From Nitrospirota bacterium (GTDB lineage: Bacteria; Nitrospirota; UBA9217): DNA of 64,000 nt. Below, in pieces: positions 1-9,577 of the stretch. Every line of letters begins with the position of its first letter. Position 1 is the stretch's first letter. The stretch spans positions 704,001 to 768,000 of the forward strand of contig CAWFSF010000006.1 of NCBI GenBank assembly GCA_963818475.1, in the 5' to 3' direction. The position numbers were made by a program, and so were the translations under genes. The notes beneath the pieces were generated by a model. It saw only the letters and a program-made list of their open reading frames with translations. It made no database searches and was not told the DNA's origin.

Positions 1-42
1 CTTGGTAGCATATTTTTTAATCTTTAGCAAGCGGGGGGAATC

Positions 43-936
43 ATGAGAAAAAGCAATATTAGTTTCAGCTTATATGTTTTTATCGCACTGGTGCTATTTT
101 TTAACACAACAACGGCCAATGCTGCGGAAGATCAGTACCAGGCTGAAATCTCAGCGCTTTATAATCACCACGAGTCCAGCGACGATTTCAAGATGGACAT
201 TGCAGGCATTTCCGGGGAGTTTTTTTTCTCGCCGGTGAACACGAAAGAGCATCCCTATGCCGAAGCGGCATTTCTGGAGCGGGTCGGCAGTGTGTTTGTG
301 GCAAGCTTCCTGTCGGATATAAAAGGAACAGGTCTGACAGCTGACGGGATCACGTATGACATCGGAGTTAATTTAGCGCAGCCCGGTTTTCCACTTGCTG
401 TCCAACTGGTATACATGACTTCCGATTACGACTATGATCAGCCCAGCGCTTCATTCGAATCAAATCTATATGGAATCAGCCTCGGAAACTATGTTACGGA
501 CAATTTAATGGCTGGTGTTGAATATTCTAGCAGCAAATCCGAGTGGTCAAATTCGCTCTTTCCCACCATGACGTGGAAGTCGAAAGATTACGGACTATTT
601 GCGCGATACGCCGGCGAATTGTCAGAGGGGAAGCATGTGAGCCTTGAAGGAAGCCTCGGACAGAGCAAATCGGAAGACGATATAGAGAGCGAGAAAAACG
701 CAAATATCGGTTTGGCCGCTGACTACTTCTTCAACCGTGCGCTAAGCGCGGGGATCGGCATCGAACGAAGCTCGGGCGATTCTCAAACCGAAGAGGGCAT
801 GACCTACACGGCGAACGTTCGCTATTTCATTACTTCGCAGTTCTCGCTTCAGGCGGCATACGACCGGTTCCTGAACAGCAATGCAGGCGTTGCAAGCGAC
901 TGGTCCTATACGCTTGGTGCTGCTGTCCGGTTCTGA
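43..936 (+). CDS. Putative outer-membrane beta-barrel porin (Porin_7/Omp25-like)
   Basis: Signal peptide (TANA-A), YQAEI and PVNT..PYAEAAFLER segments, amphipathic strands, C-terminal Phe (GAAVRF). Confidence 0.75.
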   Translation: MRKSNISFSLYVFIALVLFFNTTTANAAEDQYQAEISALYNHHESSDDFKMDIAGISGEFFFSPVNTKEHPYAEAAFLERVGSVFVASFLSDIKGTGLTADGITYDIGVNLAQPGFPLAVQLVYMTSDYDYDQPSASFESNLYGISLGNYVTDNLMAGVEYSSSKSEWSNSLFPTMTWKSKDYGLFARYAGELSEGKHVSLEGSLGQSKSEDDIESEKNANIGLAADYFFNRALSAGIGIERSSGDSQTEEGMTYTANVRYFITSQFSLQAAYDRFLNSNAGVASDWSYTLGAAVRF

Positions 937-1076
937 TGATTTCTGGTTACTGCAGGTCCGAATCGGAAAAACATATTGTAGCGATTGACTGAAACCTGGG
1001 AGCTGATCAGCTCCCAGGTTTTCTCTTGAAGAAACGAAACACTGCAGGTTTTAGAAAAAGTATTTTCAATTAGGCT

Positions 1077-1231
1077 TTCCAGATTGAGACGACCGAGTGA
1101 AGATGATCGACGAACTGAACAAAGAGTATGCCGCGAAGGTGCTCGGAATGTTCGGTGACAACAAGTCAAAAGCTGCAGAGGTGCTCGGGATCTCGCGCAC
1201 GAGCCTGTGGAGGATATTGAAGGAAGAATAG
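1077..1231 (+). pseudogene. 3' tail (Fis-type HTH) of an NtrC-like sigma54 activator, copy 1
   Basis: Translates RVKMIDELNKEYAAKVLGMFGDNKSKAAEVLGISRTSLWRILKEE*; no start or upstream domains. Confidence 0.8.
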
Positions 1232-1433
1232 ATGTGCCTGCCGGTAGCCAAACCTGCCCCTGTGGTCCCACCTTTGTAATAAATCAAGGCTTTACCAAGA
1301 ATTTCAATATACCGATCCTGACCCAAGAAAAGTTCATGTCAATTTACAACTTTATGTTGACAATCCAACACAAAGTGGTAGTATGCCGCGCAACATAAAA
1401 AAAGATCACATGAAAACCCGTGGAGAGCAAACG

Positions 1434-2144
1434 ATGAAAACGATGAAAATGATGAAGTTGAATTTACCCCTAGTGTTCCTTTGCGCCTTGGTCTTGGTGC
1501 CCGTGCTGTCCGTTTTGCTTGTCGGATGCGGCGGCGGGGGCGGCGGCGGCGCAGAGGCGCCGCCACCACCACCGTCCATCATCAACGCCAGCTTCGAGGT
1601 GTTGGGCGCGAACCCCGACGGCGGGCAGCCGTACGGGTGGATCCGTGAGGGAATGAACGACTGGAGCCACGACACTCTCGGTGTTCGACGCAAGACGGGC
1701 ACGGGCTTCATGCCCACCGATGGGCAGTACTTCCTGGAGTTTCCCGCGAGCGATGCGGGGACCGGGATTTTTCCCGGGCACTATCCTTTACTGACGGCCT
1801 ATCAGGATGACGTCAATCTCTCGGGCGCTACGAGCCTGGTGTTCGACTACGAGGTCACGGACCGCAGCATCTTCGCCGGGAGCGGTGGGGGGTACGACGG
1901 CGCCGCAACGGTTAGTATCTTCTTTCAGCCCAACGGAGGTGGAAGCGGGACGATCGTGTTGTGGTCTAAGAACTACGGGCCGGGGACCGCCGGGGAGCAG
2001 GTCTTCGACATGAGCGTCCCTCTGTCCAACCTCTCCGTTCCGGGAAGACTGACCATTCAGGTAACCGCTGCTGCCAGCAGGCAGAACAGCCTGGTCTCCC
2101 TCAGCAAGCTCACCTTCCGGATCGATTTCATCGGGGTCCAGTAG
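1434..2144 (+). CDS. Lipoprotein with Gly/Pro linker and beta-rich (carbohydrate-binding-like) domain
   Basis: Lipobox LVGC followed by GGGGGGG/PPPPP linker; IINASFE start typical of CBM-like folds. Confidence 0.65.
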   Translation: MKTMKMMKLNLPLVFLCALVLVPVLSVLLVGCGGGGGGGAEAPPPPPSIINASFEVLGANPDGGQPYGWIREGMNDWSHDTLGVRRKTGTGFMPTDGQYFLEFPASDAGTGIFPGHYPLLTAYQDDVNLSGATSLVFDYEVTDRSIFAGSGGGYDGAATVSIFFQPNGGGSGTIVLWSKNYGPGTAGEQVFDMSVPLSNLSVPGRLTIQVTAAASRQNSLVSLSKLTFRIDFIGVQ

Positions 2145-2254
2145 CAGTAGTAATAAAAGAGTGGTGTGAAGCAAACGGGGGGCATCCGAACTTGTGGGAC
2201 GCAGTGACCGCGGGACCTCCCGTTGGTTCTCAGGGTGCTTTTCCCGTTTCGTTT

Positions 2255-2373
2255 CTAATACAAACGCATTTAGATTTGTTACTGATTTGCCCTTTGTCCT
2301 CTCCCCAGCGGGGAGAGGGTAGGGCGAGGGGGGGCTTTCCTGGATGTAACAATATTTAATTCGTTTGCATTAG
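2255..2373. mobile_element. ~125-bp MITE family A, copy 1
   Basis: 28-bp imperfect terminal inverted repeats (CTAATACAAACGCATTTAGATTTGTTAC / CTAATGCAAACGAATTAAATATTGTTAC) around a CCTCTCCCC..GGGGAGAGG hairpin; other copies at 7002, 26136, 31290. Confidence 0.8.
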
Positions 2374-2499
2374 TACGCACAATGCACGGTGAGCTCGCTC
2401 ATTTTTGATTCCTTTTCCCGCTCCTCCAGCTCCCGCTTCACCGTTTAAAAGGCGTTCAGATCCGAGTGCGGCAGGGGACTATATGGGGTCACCCATTGA

Positions 2500-2664
2500 T
2501 TCCAGATCGAGACGGTAGAACCGGACCGCGTGAAAACGAACGAAGAGCTGAACAAGGAGTATGCCGCCAAGGTGCTCGAAATGTTCGGTGACAATAAGTC
2601 AAAAGCCGCAGAGGTGCTCGGGGTCTCGCGCACCAGTCTGTGGAGGATATTGAAGGAAGAATAG
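2500..2664 (+). pseudogene. 3' tail (Fis-type HTH) of an NtrC-like sigma54 activator, copy 2
   Basis: Translates FQIETVEPDRVKTNEELNKEYAAKVLEMFGDNKSKAAEVLGVSRTSLWRILKEE*; diverged direct repeat of 1077-1231. Confidence 0.8.
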
Positions 2665-3032
2665 ACTTCCTGCAAGAATACAAACCTTCCCCTGTTTCCC
2701 CACCTTCTGATCGCGCAATGAGAAGGCAACCGCCTTCTGTTTTAAAAAAGCCCATTAAAATGCTTCAGAATGTCATTTTGGATAGGCTGCGCAGCTTCCT
2801 CCTGAAATTAGCTATTCCGTTTCTGCATGTTAGTCGTGCTAATATAACTTGGCATCATTTTGTATATTAGTCTTTTTGAACAAACATAGCGATTTCAGGA
2901 AGTTACGTCAAGTTTTTCCATATACTCATTGACCGGATTGCCCGTTCTATGCTACTGTATCCCGAAGAACTAATAACTTGTTAACCATGACTAAATATCT
3001 CCGATAATTTGAAGACGAGAAGGGATTATAAG

Positions 3033-4487
3033 GTGAATATTACCAGTCGTGTAATTTATGTTTCCGTGTTGCTCTTATGTGTCGTTGCTCTAGCTCATTG
3101 CAAAAGAAAATCCGATCCAGTTCTTTACACTCCACCGCCTGAAGCTCCTCAGAACCTAATAGCTACGGCAGGATTGCAGAAAGTCGAGCTGACTTGGGAC
3201 GCCGTGACCAATGCCAGTATCTATTATATCTATTATGTGAAGTCGCCCTTGTCTACGCAATCCGGCATGGGCATGCTCACCAGCGCAGTTACTACGACAG
3301 CTCAACATCTTCATCTGAGCGGAGGTACATACCATTACACTGTAACGGCAGTAGTAAACTCAATTGAAAGCGGACCTTCAAATGTCGCTTCCGCCGGTAT
3401 AAACCTCGTGTCTTTTACTACATCAACGATGGGTTCCGGAGATCTCTCGACTTGGCCCGATGCCGTATCAGCGGGCGCGAAGACGGGCCTGGCAGCTGGC
3501 GACGCTATCTGTCAAAGCCGGGCAGAAGCAGCCGGATTAGCTGGCATATTCAAAGCGTGGATTTCGGATGATTCGGATGATGCTTATTGCCGCATGCACG
3601 GCCTGACCGGCAAGCTTTCTTTAAACTGCGGCTTAAACAGTCTACCGACCAATGCTGGACCGTGGGTCCGCACAGATGGCGCTCCCTTTGCCGATGTTAT
3701 TAGTGTATTAACTGCATCTACTGCAGTCTTAACCCCTGCGGTATATACCGAGAACGGCACACAATCAAATTATGGCTATATGCATTCCGGAACATGGTCC
3801 CAAGGTGTTGGACAAGTTGGGTCCACGTGCAACAACTGGACATCCGGTTCCGCGTCGGATCACGAGATGGTCGGCAGTATACGGTCGACATATAGAGCCT
3901 TGTTTTGGACAAGTAGTCCCTGTAGCAATACATTCCCTTTGCTCTGCATGGAGCTCGGCTCCGGGCCCCCACTCAACAAAAATGCAACGGGCAAAAAGGC
4001 TTTTCTGAGTTCGGCTTCCGGTCCGGGGAATCTCTCGTCCTGGCCTGCTGCAACCGATACCGGGGCTGCAGCGGGAGATGCGATCTGCACCAAGCTCGCG
4101 GCAAATTCCGGATTGACCGGGACGTTCAAGGCCTGGCTTTCGGATGGATCAGTCAACGCTATCGATAGAATTGCGAGCAATGGGCCTTGGGTCCGTCTTG
4201 ATGGAATCAAAGTCTCAGATAGCAAGCAGGATCTTACTGATGACGCTTTATTCACAACGATAAACCTTACGGAACAAGGAACATACGGGAACATGACAGG
4301 AGCAGTATGGACAGGAACAACCCAAAGCGGATTGAAAACGGTAAATAATTGCAATAGTTGGACCGATGGTACTGCAGGCTCGACAGGTACAACAGGCGTT
4401 CTTAGTTGGTTTGATCGTTACTGGTCAAATAATGCAATAACGCAGTGCGATTCTGTTGGATATCTGTATTGTCTTGAAGATGAATAA
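3033..4487 (+). CDS. Lipoprotein with fibronectin type III domain and two endostatin-like (DUF1554-type) domains
   Basis: ALAHC lipobox; PEAPQNL..VELTWDAV..YTVTAV..ESGPS FN3 pattern; twice GDAIC...AGL.G.FKAW.SD...GPWVR.DG...C..WT.G...C....L.C.E; start uncertain (3009 or 3033). Confidence 0.75.
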   Translation: MNITSRVIYVSVLLLCVVALAHCKRKSDPVLYTPPPEAPQNLIATAGLQKVELTWDAVTNASIYYIYYVKSPLSTQSGMGMLTSAVTTTAQHLHLSGGTYHYTVTAVVNSIESGPSNVASAGINLVSFTTSTMGSGDLSTWPDAVSAGAKTGLAAGDAICQSRAEAAGLAGIFKAWISDDSDDAYCRMHGLTGKLSLNCGLNSLPTNAGPWVRTDGAPFADVISVLTASTAVLTPAVYTENGTQSNYGYMHSGTWSQGVGQVGSTCNNWTSGSASDHEMVGSIRSTYRALFWTSSPCSNTFPLLCMELGSGPPLNKNATGKKAFLSSASGPGNLSSWPAATDTGAAAGDAICTKLAANSGLTGTFKAWLSDGSVNAIDRIASNGPWVRLDGIKVSDSKQDLTDDALFTTINLTEQGTYGNMTGAVWTGTTQSGLKTVNNCNSWTDGTAGSTGTTGVLSWFDRYWSNNAITQCDSVGYLYCLEDE

Positions 4488-4586
4488 GAGTTCGGTGAGT
4501 ATCAGGCTGGAAAGTCCACATTAACGTGTTAGCTGCAACAAGTGCGGTTATTCGAACCAATCTTATGGCGGCGCTTACTAAGAAAA

Positions 4587-4642
4587 TTCCAACCATCGCG
4601 TCGTGTCCGTCCGCTTCGCGGCGGTACACGCGAGCGTTGTCT
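4587..4642 (+). other. Solitary integron attC-like site
   Basis: TTCCAAC-catCGCGTCGTG...TACACGCG-agc-GTTGTCT imperfect palindrome with an extra base in the left arm. Confidence 0.6.
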
Positions 4643-4653
4643 CTAAACTTTAC

Positions 4654-5406
4654 ATGATCACTTGCGGAAATTATCGACTTGAGAAGTGGCAACCCGATTT
4701 TTCATCGTCGGGCCAACCCTCGCCTGAATGGATACGAGTAAAATGCGCGGATATACATATCTGTAATTCGCTAGATTGGCTCGAATGGGAGGGCAATCCT
4801 GTCCAGGTTGAAATCTGTGATGCATGCGGTACCCCGGGTTGCGAAAGCGGGGGCTATGTTCATATATCCAAACTGGGTGAGCACATTCTATGGACAAAGC
4901 CGCACATTGATGAGTCTGACGAATGGGCGAGAACCCAATATGAAGCTGCATTTGTTTTGCGCAAGGCAGGGTCAGTAGTGTTACCAGTCTCAGTGCTAAC
5001 TCAGTGGCAGCGCGAAGCACGTAAGAATCGATTCTCAAATTGGTATCCGAGAACTACAAGAGCAAATCTGGCTGCTGCCTGGTTTATGGAGAAATACCCA
5101 TATCTCAAGATGACTTCTATCAGAGATGTTATCCCTTATTTGCGAAAAGAATTGCTCGGTGCCGATACATTGGATGTAACGACTGCGATTGACCGAATGG
5201 AAACGCTAGTTGAGTGGTTTGTTCAGGGGCCAGAACAGGAATTGAGAGGAGAATTAAAAGCCCCATGTTCCGAACTTACAGTTGAGACATTATATTTCGA
5301 CGGTCCTGCTGACAAGGATTGGCCAGCTTTTGCAATTCTTGGAGCCGATGTGTATCCAGCCTTTGGCAAGAATTGGGTTTACCAGTTTAATTCAGATGAA
5401 AGATAA
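4654..5406 (+). CDS. Hypothetical protein (cassette-like), CxxCGxxGC motif
   Basis: ATG 11 bp after the attC-like site; followed by a degenerate attC left arm at ~5423-5445. Confidence 0.6.
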   Translation: MITCGNYRLEKWQPDFSSSGQPSPEWIRVKCADIHICNSLDWLEWEGNPVQVEICDACGTPGCESGGYVHISKLGEHILWTKPHIDESDEWARTQYEAAFVLRKAGSVVLPVSVLTQWQREARKNRFSNWYPRTTRANLAAAWFMEKYPYLKMTSIRDVIPYLRKELLGADTLDVTTAIDRMETLVEWFVQGPEQELRGELKAPCSELTVETLYFDGPADKDWPAFAILGADVYPAFGKNWVYQFNSDER

Positions 5407-5667
5407 TGCTTCTCACTATAAATAACAACCAGCCGTTCCACAGCAACGCGCGGCGCTCTCCTGATTCCCTTGACTAACGAGTTGAGGCGCGGGCGTTCTT
5501 TGAGCATCACGAAACCCGACAGATGCCGTTGGGTTGCACTCAGTTTAACCCAGCCTGCGAACTGGTCCGCTGAGATCCCGCTGCCATCCTGTTGGAGATG
5601 ATACGACATGTCCGAGTTCAAGGCACGATACAAATGGAGGAGGGAGCTGAGTATGTCAGGAGGGTTC

Positions 5668-6240
5668 ATGCAATATTTGAAAATAACGGTAGTTATATTT
5701 GCCTTGGCTTTATCAGCAGCATGTGCTTCCGGTCCGCCGAAGCCGATCCACGTCGACGAAATGAAGGAACCCGGGGTCGGGCTCATCTACGGCCAATTGC
5801 GGATGCCGAACGAGGATTGGAATCACGTCAATTTGGTCATGATCCAGCGCGTCGGCAAGGTGTACGGCGGCATGGGGCTCAAGGGTTTGAGCGAAAAAGT
5901 GCACGTCACGCGCGATGGCCGGTATGTGGCGGCCAACTTGAAACCGGGGAAATACATGCTGGCCGGTTTTGTCATCGGCAGCGAGACTAACTTCCTGGGG
6001 AAAACCGCATTGGACTATACGATCGAGGTAAAGGCGGGAGGCCTTCATTATCTCGGCACCTACAAGTACGTCATTACCAGGGCGAGCAACATGATCCGTC
6101 CCGGGTCCTTCAATCTCGAAAAGGACGAAACCAGGGCCTCCCATGTCGAGCTTCTCAACTGGGTGGAAGAAGGCGTGCGCGCGACAAAGTGGCATGGGCC
6201 GATAAAAAGAAAACTTGCCGGACTTCAGGGCGGGAAGTGA
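5668..6240 (+). CDS. Lipoprotein of unknown function
   Basis: RBS aggagg, signal peptide ending SAAC; NLKPGKY.L beta-sandwich-like motif. Confidence 0.7.
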   Translation: MQYLKITVVIFALALSAACASGPPKPIHVDEMKEPGVGLIYGQLRMPNEDWNHVNLVMIQRVGKVYGGMGLKGLSEKVHVTRDGRYVAANLKPGKYMLAGFVIGSETNFLGKTALDYTIEVKAGGLHYLGTYKYVITRASNMIRPGSFNLEKDETRASHVELLNWVEEGVRATKWHGPIKRKLAGLQGGK

Positions 6241-6371
6241 CGTCGGCTGAAAAAGGGCTGCAGGTGAAGTTGGACTTACCCTTGCTCATCAAAATTAACC
6301 AAAGTTCTATATACGGGAAAGTTGATTTCTGGTAAAGTTATGCATCTCTCTGTTGGCGGAGTAGCCTAATC

Positions 6372-6962
6372 ATGCAACAGAATAAGATGATACCAGTGGC
6401 CGCATGGATCGCAGGCCTCACGATTGCGGCCTATGTGCTTGCCCAGGCTGCGGTCATGATCATGAGCGGGAGCTTTGATGCAGCATTATTGAGGAGCGCG
6501 CCGACCGTTCCGCAAAACCGTTCGGAAAGCGCAGTGCTCCCGCTTCCGGCTCTTGACACATCAGGCAGGAACAAGTCTGCGAGTGTTTCAAAGGGCGATG
6601 CCGGCTACGGCGTGAAGGTGGAGCAAGTTTCAGATACCCGGTGGATCCTGGACAGGGTAGTAATGCCCGCGAACATCCAGGACCTGCCCTCTTTTTTAAA
6701 GCAAGCGCGCGCAGTACCGTACGTGAAGCAGGGCAGGACCGTGGGGTTTCGGATCACCGGGATCTCGCGGGGCGGTTTTTACGAAAAGATCGGACTTCGG
6801 AATGGAGATGTGCTGCTCCGGGTCAATATGCAGAAGCTTGATGACCCTGCAAGGCTCTTCAGCCTTTATCAGGAGATGAGGAGCAAACGGCATATCTCCA
6901 TCCTCCTTTCCCGAAATGGACAGAGCAGACGTTTGAGTATGCTATTCGTTGAAGAGGGCTGA
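6372..6962 (+). CDS. GspC-like PDZ-domain membrane protein
   Basis: N-terminal TM; QARAVPY..G.TVGFRI..I..G.FYEKIGL.NGDVL..VN matches the T2SS GspC PDZ region; orphan with no other gsp genes. Confidence 0.7.
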   Translation: MQQNKMIPVAAWIAGLTIAAYVLAQAAVMIMSGSFDAALLRSAPTVPQNRSESAVLPLPALDTSGRNKSASVSKGDAGYGVKVEQVSDTRWILDRVVMPANIQDLPSFLKQARAVPYVKQGRTVGFRITGISRGGFYEKIGLRNGDVLLRVNMQKLDDPARLFSLYQEMRSKRHISILLSRNGQSRRLSMLFVEEG

Positions 6963-7001
6963 ACTCGCGCAGAGACGCGACGCAGAGCAAGACGCACAAA
7001 A

Positions 7002-7095
7002 ATTTGCCCCTCACCTTTGTCCTCTCCCCAGCGGGGAGAGGGTAGGGCGAGGGGGGACTTTCCTGGATGTAACAATATTTAATTTGTTTGCATTA
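7002..7095. mobile_element. MITE family A, truncated copy 2
   Basis: Near-identical to 2285-2372, left TIR missing. Confidence 0.75.
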
Positions 7096-7124
7096 ATTAC
7101 GATATACCGGAAGGAATTACGACA

Positions 7125-7631
7125 TTGAACGAAGTTCAGATCTATACTGATGGAGCATGCAAACGCAATCCCGGGCCCGGAGGATACGGAGCAGTTCTCC
7201 GCTGCAACGGTCAGGAAAAGATCCTTTCCGGCGGATTTCGCCTGACCACCAACAACCGCATGGAGATGCTGGCCGCGATCGCAGCGCTCGAAAGCCTTTC
7301 CAACGCCTGTGCGGTCACCATTACCAGCGATTCAAAATACGTTGTTGATGCGGTCAGCAAGGGCTGGGCCCGCAAGTGGCGAAGCAACAACTGGAAGAAA
7401 AGTGACGGCCAAAAGGCACTCAACCAGGACCTCTGGATCCGGATGCTGGATCTCTGCGAACGCCACCAGGTCAAATTTGTATGGGTCCGCGGTCATGACG
7501 GGCACCCGGAAAACGAGCGCTGCGACCAGATGGCGACTACTGCAGCTGCCGGAGAAGGCCTGCCCGCGGATGAAGGATATGAACTGATCGGTATTTCCTC
7601 CGATCATCCCGATGCTTTCCAGTTAAGGTGA
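7125..7631 (+). CDS. rnhA: Ribonuclease HI
   Basis: IYTDGACKRNPGPGGYG, TTNNRME, DSKYV, N.DLW, WVRGH.GHPENERCD. Confidence 0.95.
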   Translation: MNEVQIYTDGACKRNPGPGGYGAVLRCNGQEKILSGGFRLTTNNRMEMLAAIAALESLSNACAVTITSDSKYVVDAVSKGWARKWRSNNWKKSDGQKALNQDLWIRMLDLCERHQVKFVWVRGHDGHPENERCDQMATTAAAGEGLPADEGYELIGISSDHPDAFQLR

Positions 7632-7637
7632 TACAAC

Positions 7638-8027
7638 ATGTCCGAGCCCATCTTCTACATCGACAGTTCTGAGATCCTTGAAGGGAAACTGGAGAAACTC
7701 AAGGCGGCCATGAACGAACTGGTCCAGTTCGTTGAGGCGAACGAGCCCCAGCTCATCTCCTATAACTTTTTCCTCAGTGAGGACGACACCCGGATGACCG
7801 TCGTCGCGATTCATCCTGACTCCGCCTCGATGGAGTTTCACATGGAGGTAGCGGGCCCGGCATTCCGCAAGTTCACGGAATTCATCAAGCTGTCGAAGAT
7901 CGAGGTCTACGGCAAGGTGAGTGACAAAGTGCTGGACCAGCTCCGACAGAAGGCACAGATGTTAGGCAGCGGGACTGTGGTTGTTCACAAACTGCACGCG
8001 GGGATCGCCCGACTCGGAACCCGCTGA
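7638..8027 (+). CDS. ABM/dimeric alpha-beta barrel-like protein
   Basis: ILEGKLEKLK..M.ELV.FVEANEP.LISY...HPDSASMEFH pattern. Confidence 0.6.
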   Translation: MSEPIFYIDSSEILEGKLEKLKAAMNELVQFVEANEPQLISYNFFLSEDDTRMTVVAIHPDSASMEFHMEVAGPAFRKFTEFIKLSKIEVYGKVSDKVLDQLRQKAQMLGSGTVVVHKLHAGIARLGTR

Positions 8028-8057
8028 GGGCGAATGCTCTAACACGACGTATTCCGG

Positions 8058-9026
8058 CTACTGTTGCCTGCACTGCACTCCAGCGACGGTCCTTGCGCTC
8101 CCGGCTCCGGACAAAGTACTTTTTCCCTCACTGGCCTCCGACGACATCCGCACATAGCCCTGCTCTTGCGCAAGAGCGTCCAAATGGACCGTTGCCAGGT
8201 CCTCGATCGTGATCATTTCCGCCGGCATGGGTGAAAACGAAGCGATCACCTTGAGATATCCTTTGCATACATCACATACCTCTACCCGCCTGGTATCGCG
8301 CTGACCTTCCGCATACAGGTAGTGCTGCGTTTTGTGGTCCTCGTTCCCGCACTGCGCGCACTCCAGCCTCCTGATCTGCCAATCGGCACCGCATGCGCCG
8401 CACCGTAAATGTTTTGCCTGGTCATTGCCCTGCAGCTCTGCCAGCGTCGCTGGTGCTCCGCACACAAAGCAGATGTCCTTATGCCAGGATACTCCGGCGG
8501 CCTGAGGCGATAGCTGCCGGCACCATGTGCGGAGCGCCGGTGTGAGCGCATACTGCGCCAAAGCCAGGAGCAGACCCGGATCAAGGTCCTGTGCAGCAGC
8601 CTCTGCAGCAACAGCGTCGTGTTTACCCGCTGCGGTGAGAGACAGAACGTATCCGGCGTTCAACGTGTTTTTTTCCAGTGCCGTTTTGATCTTGAGCGAC
8701 TCGGCATGGTTATCAGGCGCGTGTTTTGTCCACGGCAGGAGGAGTGGGAAGGCGCGTTTCTCCGCATCGGCAAGTTTTATCATCAGTTCGTGTGCTGAAT
8801 CGACGTCGATATCAAGCTCCCTGTCAAACAGCAGCGGAATGCCCTGCCGCAGCTTCTCTTGCATCTGATCAGGTGTAAGAAGGATGGGTGCGGCATGAAG
8901 ATCTGCATCGCGAAGCAGCGGAAGAATGCGCTCGTACCGGCGCGCGGTGGAAGCGATGGCGGGTATTGTCTGTGCCAATATGCGCAGCCGTTGTATCAGG
9001 GGATCTATTGTGCCTTTAGTATGCAT
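8058..9026 (-). CDS. fdhE: Formate dehydrogenase accessory protein FdhE
   Basis: C..CG, L.C..C.A.W...R..C..CG, VEVCD.CKGYLK, EDLAT.HLD.LA...GY; start placed outside the upstream MITE. Confidence 0.9.
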   Translation of the reverse strand: MHTKGTIDPLIQRLRILAQTIPAIASTARRYERILPLLRDADLHAAPILLTPDQMQEKLRQGIPLLFDRELDIDVDSAHELMIKLADAEKRAFPLLLPWTKHAPDNHAESLKIKTALEKNTLNAGYVLSLTAAGKHDAVAAEAAAQDLDPGLLLALAQYALTPALRTWCRQLSPQAAGVSWHKDICFVCGAPATLAELQGNDQAKHLRCGACGADWQIRRLECAQCGNEDHKTQHYLYAEGQRDTRRVEVCDVCKGYLKVIASFSPMPAEMITIEDLATVHLDALAQEQGYVRMSSEASEGKSTLSGAGSARTVAGVQCRQQ

Positions 9027-9060
9027 GGCCCTCGAACGAAATGGATAGTGTGATGGGTAT

Positions 9061-9566
9061 GAATCTTCCGGGTTTTGTGTGGGTAGTTTTTCACCCTTTA
9101 TCGATTTTCTTGCATATCCCCTTCGCAGCCTGAATGAAATTTTTGACCCGTCTAAGGCCACATCCGCTCGATCGCGCAAACTCGGCCTTTGGCCTCAGAC
9201 AGTGCGCGCTCGCCCTTGCGGGACGCTTCTTTAGGCCAAGACGGGTGCCCAAAAATTTCATAGGGCCGCTCCGTGGACATGCGGGGTTGGTTTAAATACG
9301 TTGCACCAGAAGCTTCCCATGCGAAAATCCAGGCATGCGACCGAGTCCGAGGGTGAAGCATTTCGGACTGTCTGAGCCCGAAGGGCGAGTTTCCGAAATG
9401 TACCGAGGACGACCGAGCATGCCGTAAAGGATTTTCGCCGGGTGCCTCTTTCGGTTACCTTTCTAGGGCAAGCAAGAAAGGTAACAGAAAACGCGAAAAA
9501 TGGCGCAAATACTGCTTAATAAATCATATAGGCGCTTATTCCACTCACAAGAAAGCCAGAAGATCC
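9061..9566. mobile_element. ISL3-ended structured MITE family B, copy A
   Basis: Ends GAATCTTCCGGGTTTTGTGTGGG / CCACTCACAAGAAAGCCAGAAGATCC; core homologous to 28130-28512. Confidence 0.75.
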
Positions 9567-9577
9567 GATGTATAAGC

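Noticed and set aside
2850-2865. sigma54 promoter TGGCATCATTTTGTA
   Set aside because: Spacing is one base short and the -12 GC is absent
6329-6345. sigma54 promoter in the shared upstream motif
   Set aside because: GG-GC spacing is 9, not 10, in both copies; an extended -10 fits better
6372-6962. Type II secretion system locus
   Set aside because: Only an isolated GspC-like PDZ gene; no secretin, ATPase or pseudopilins in the window
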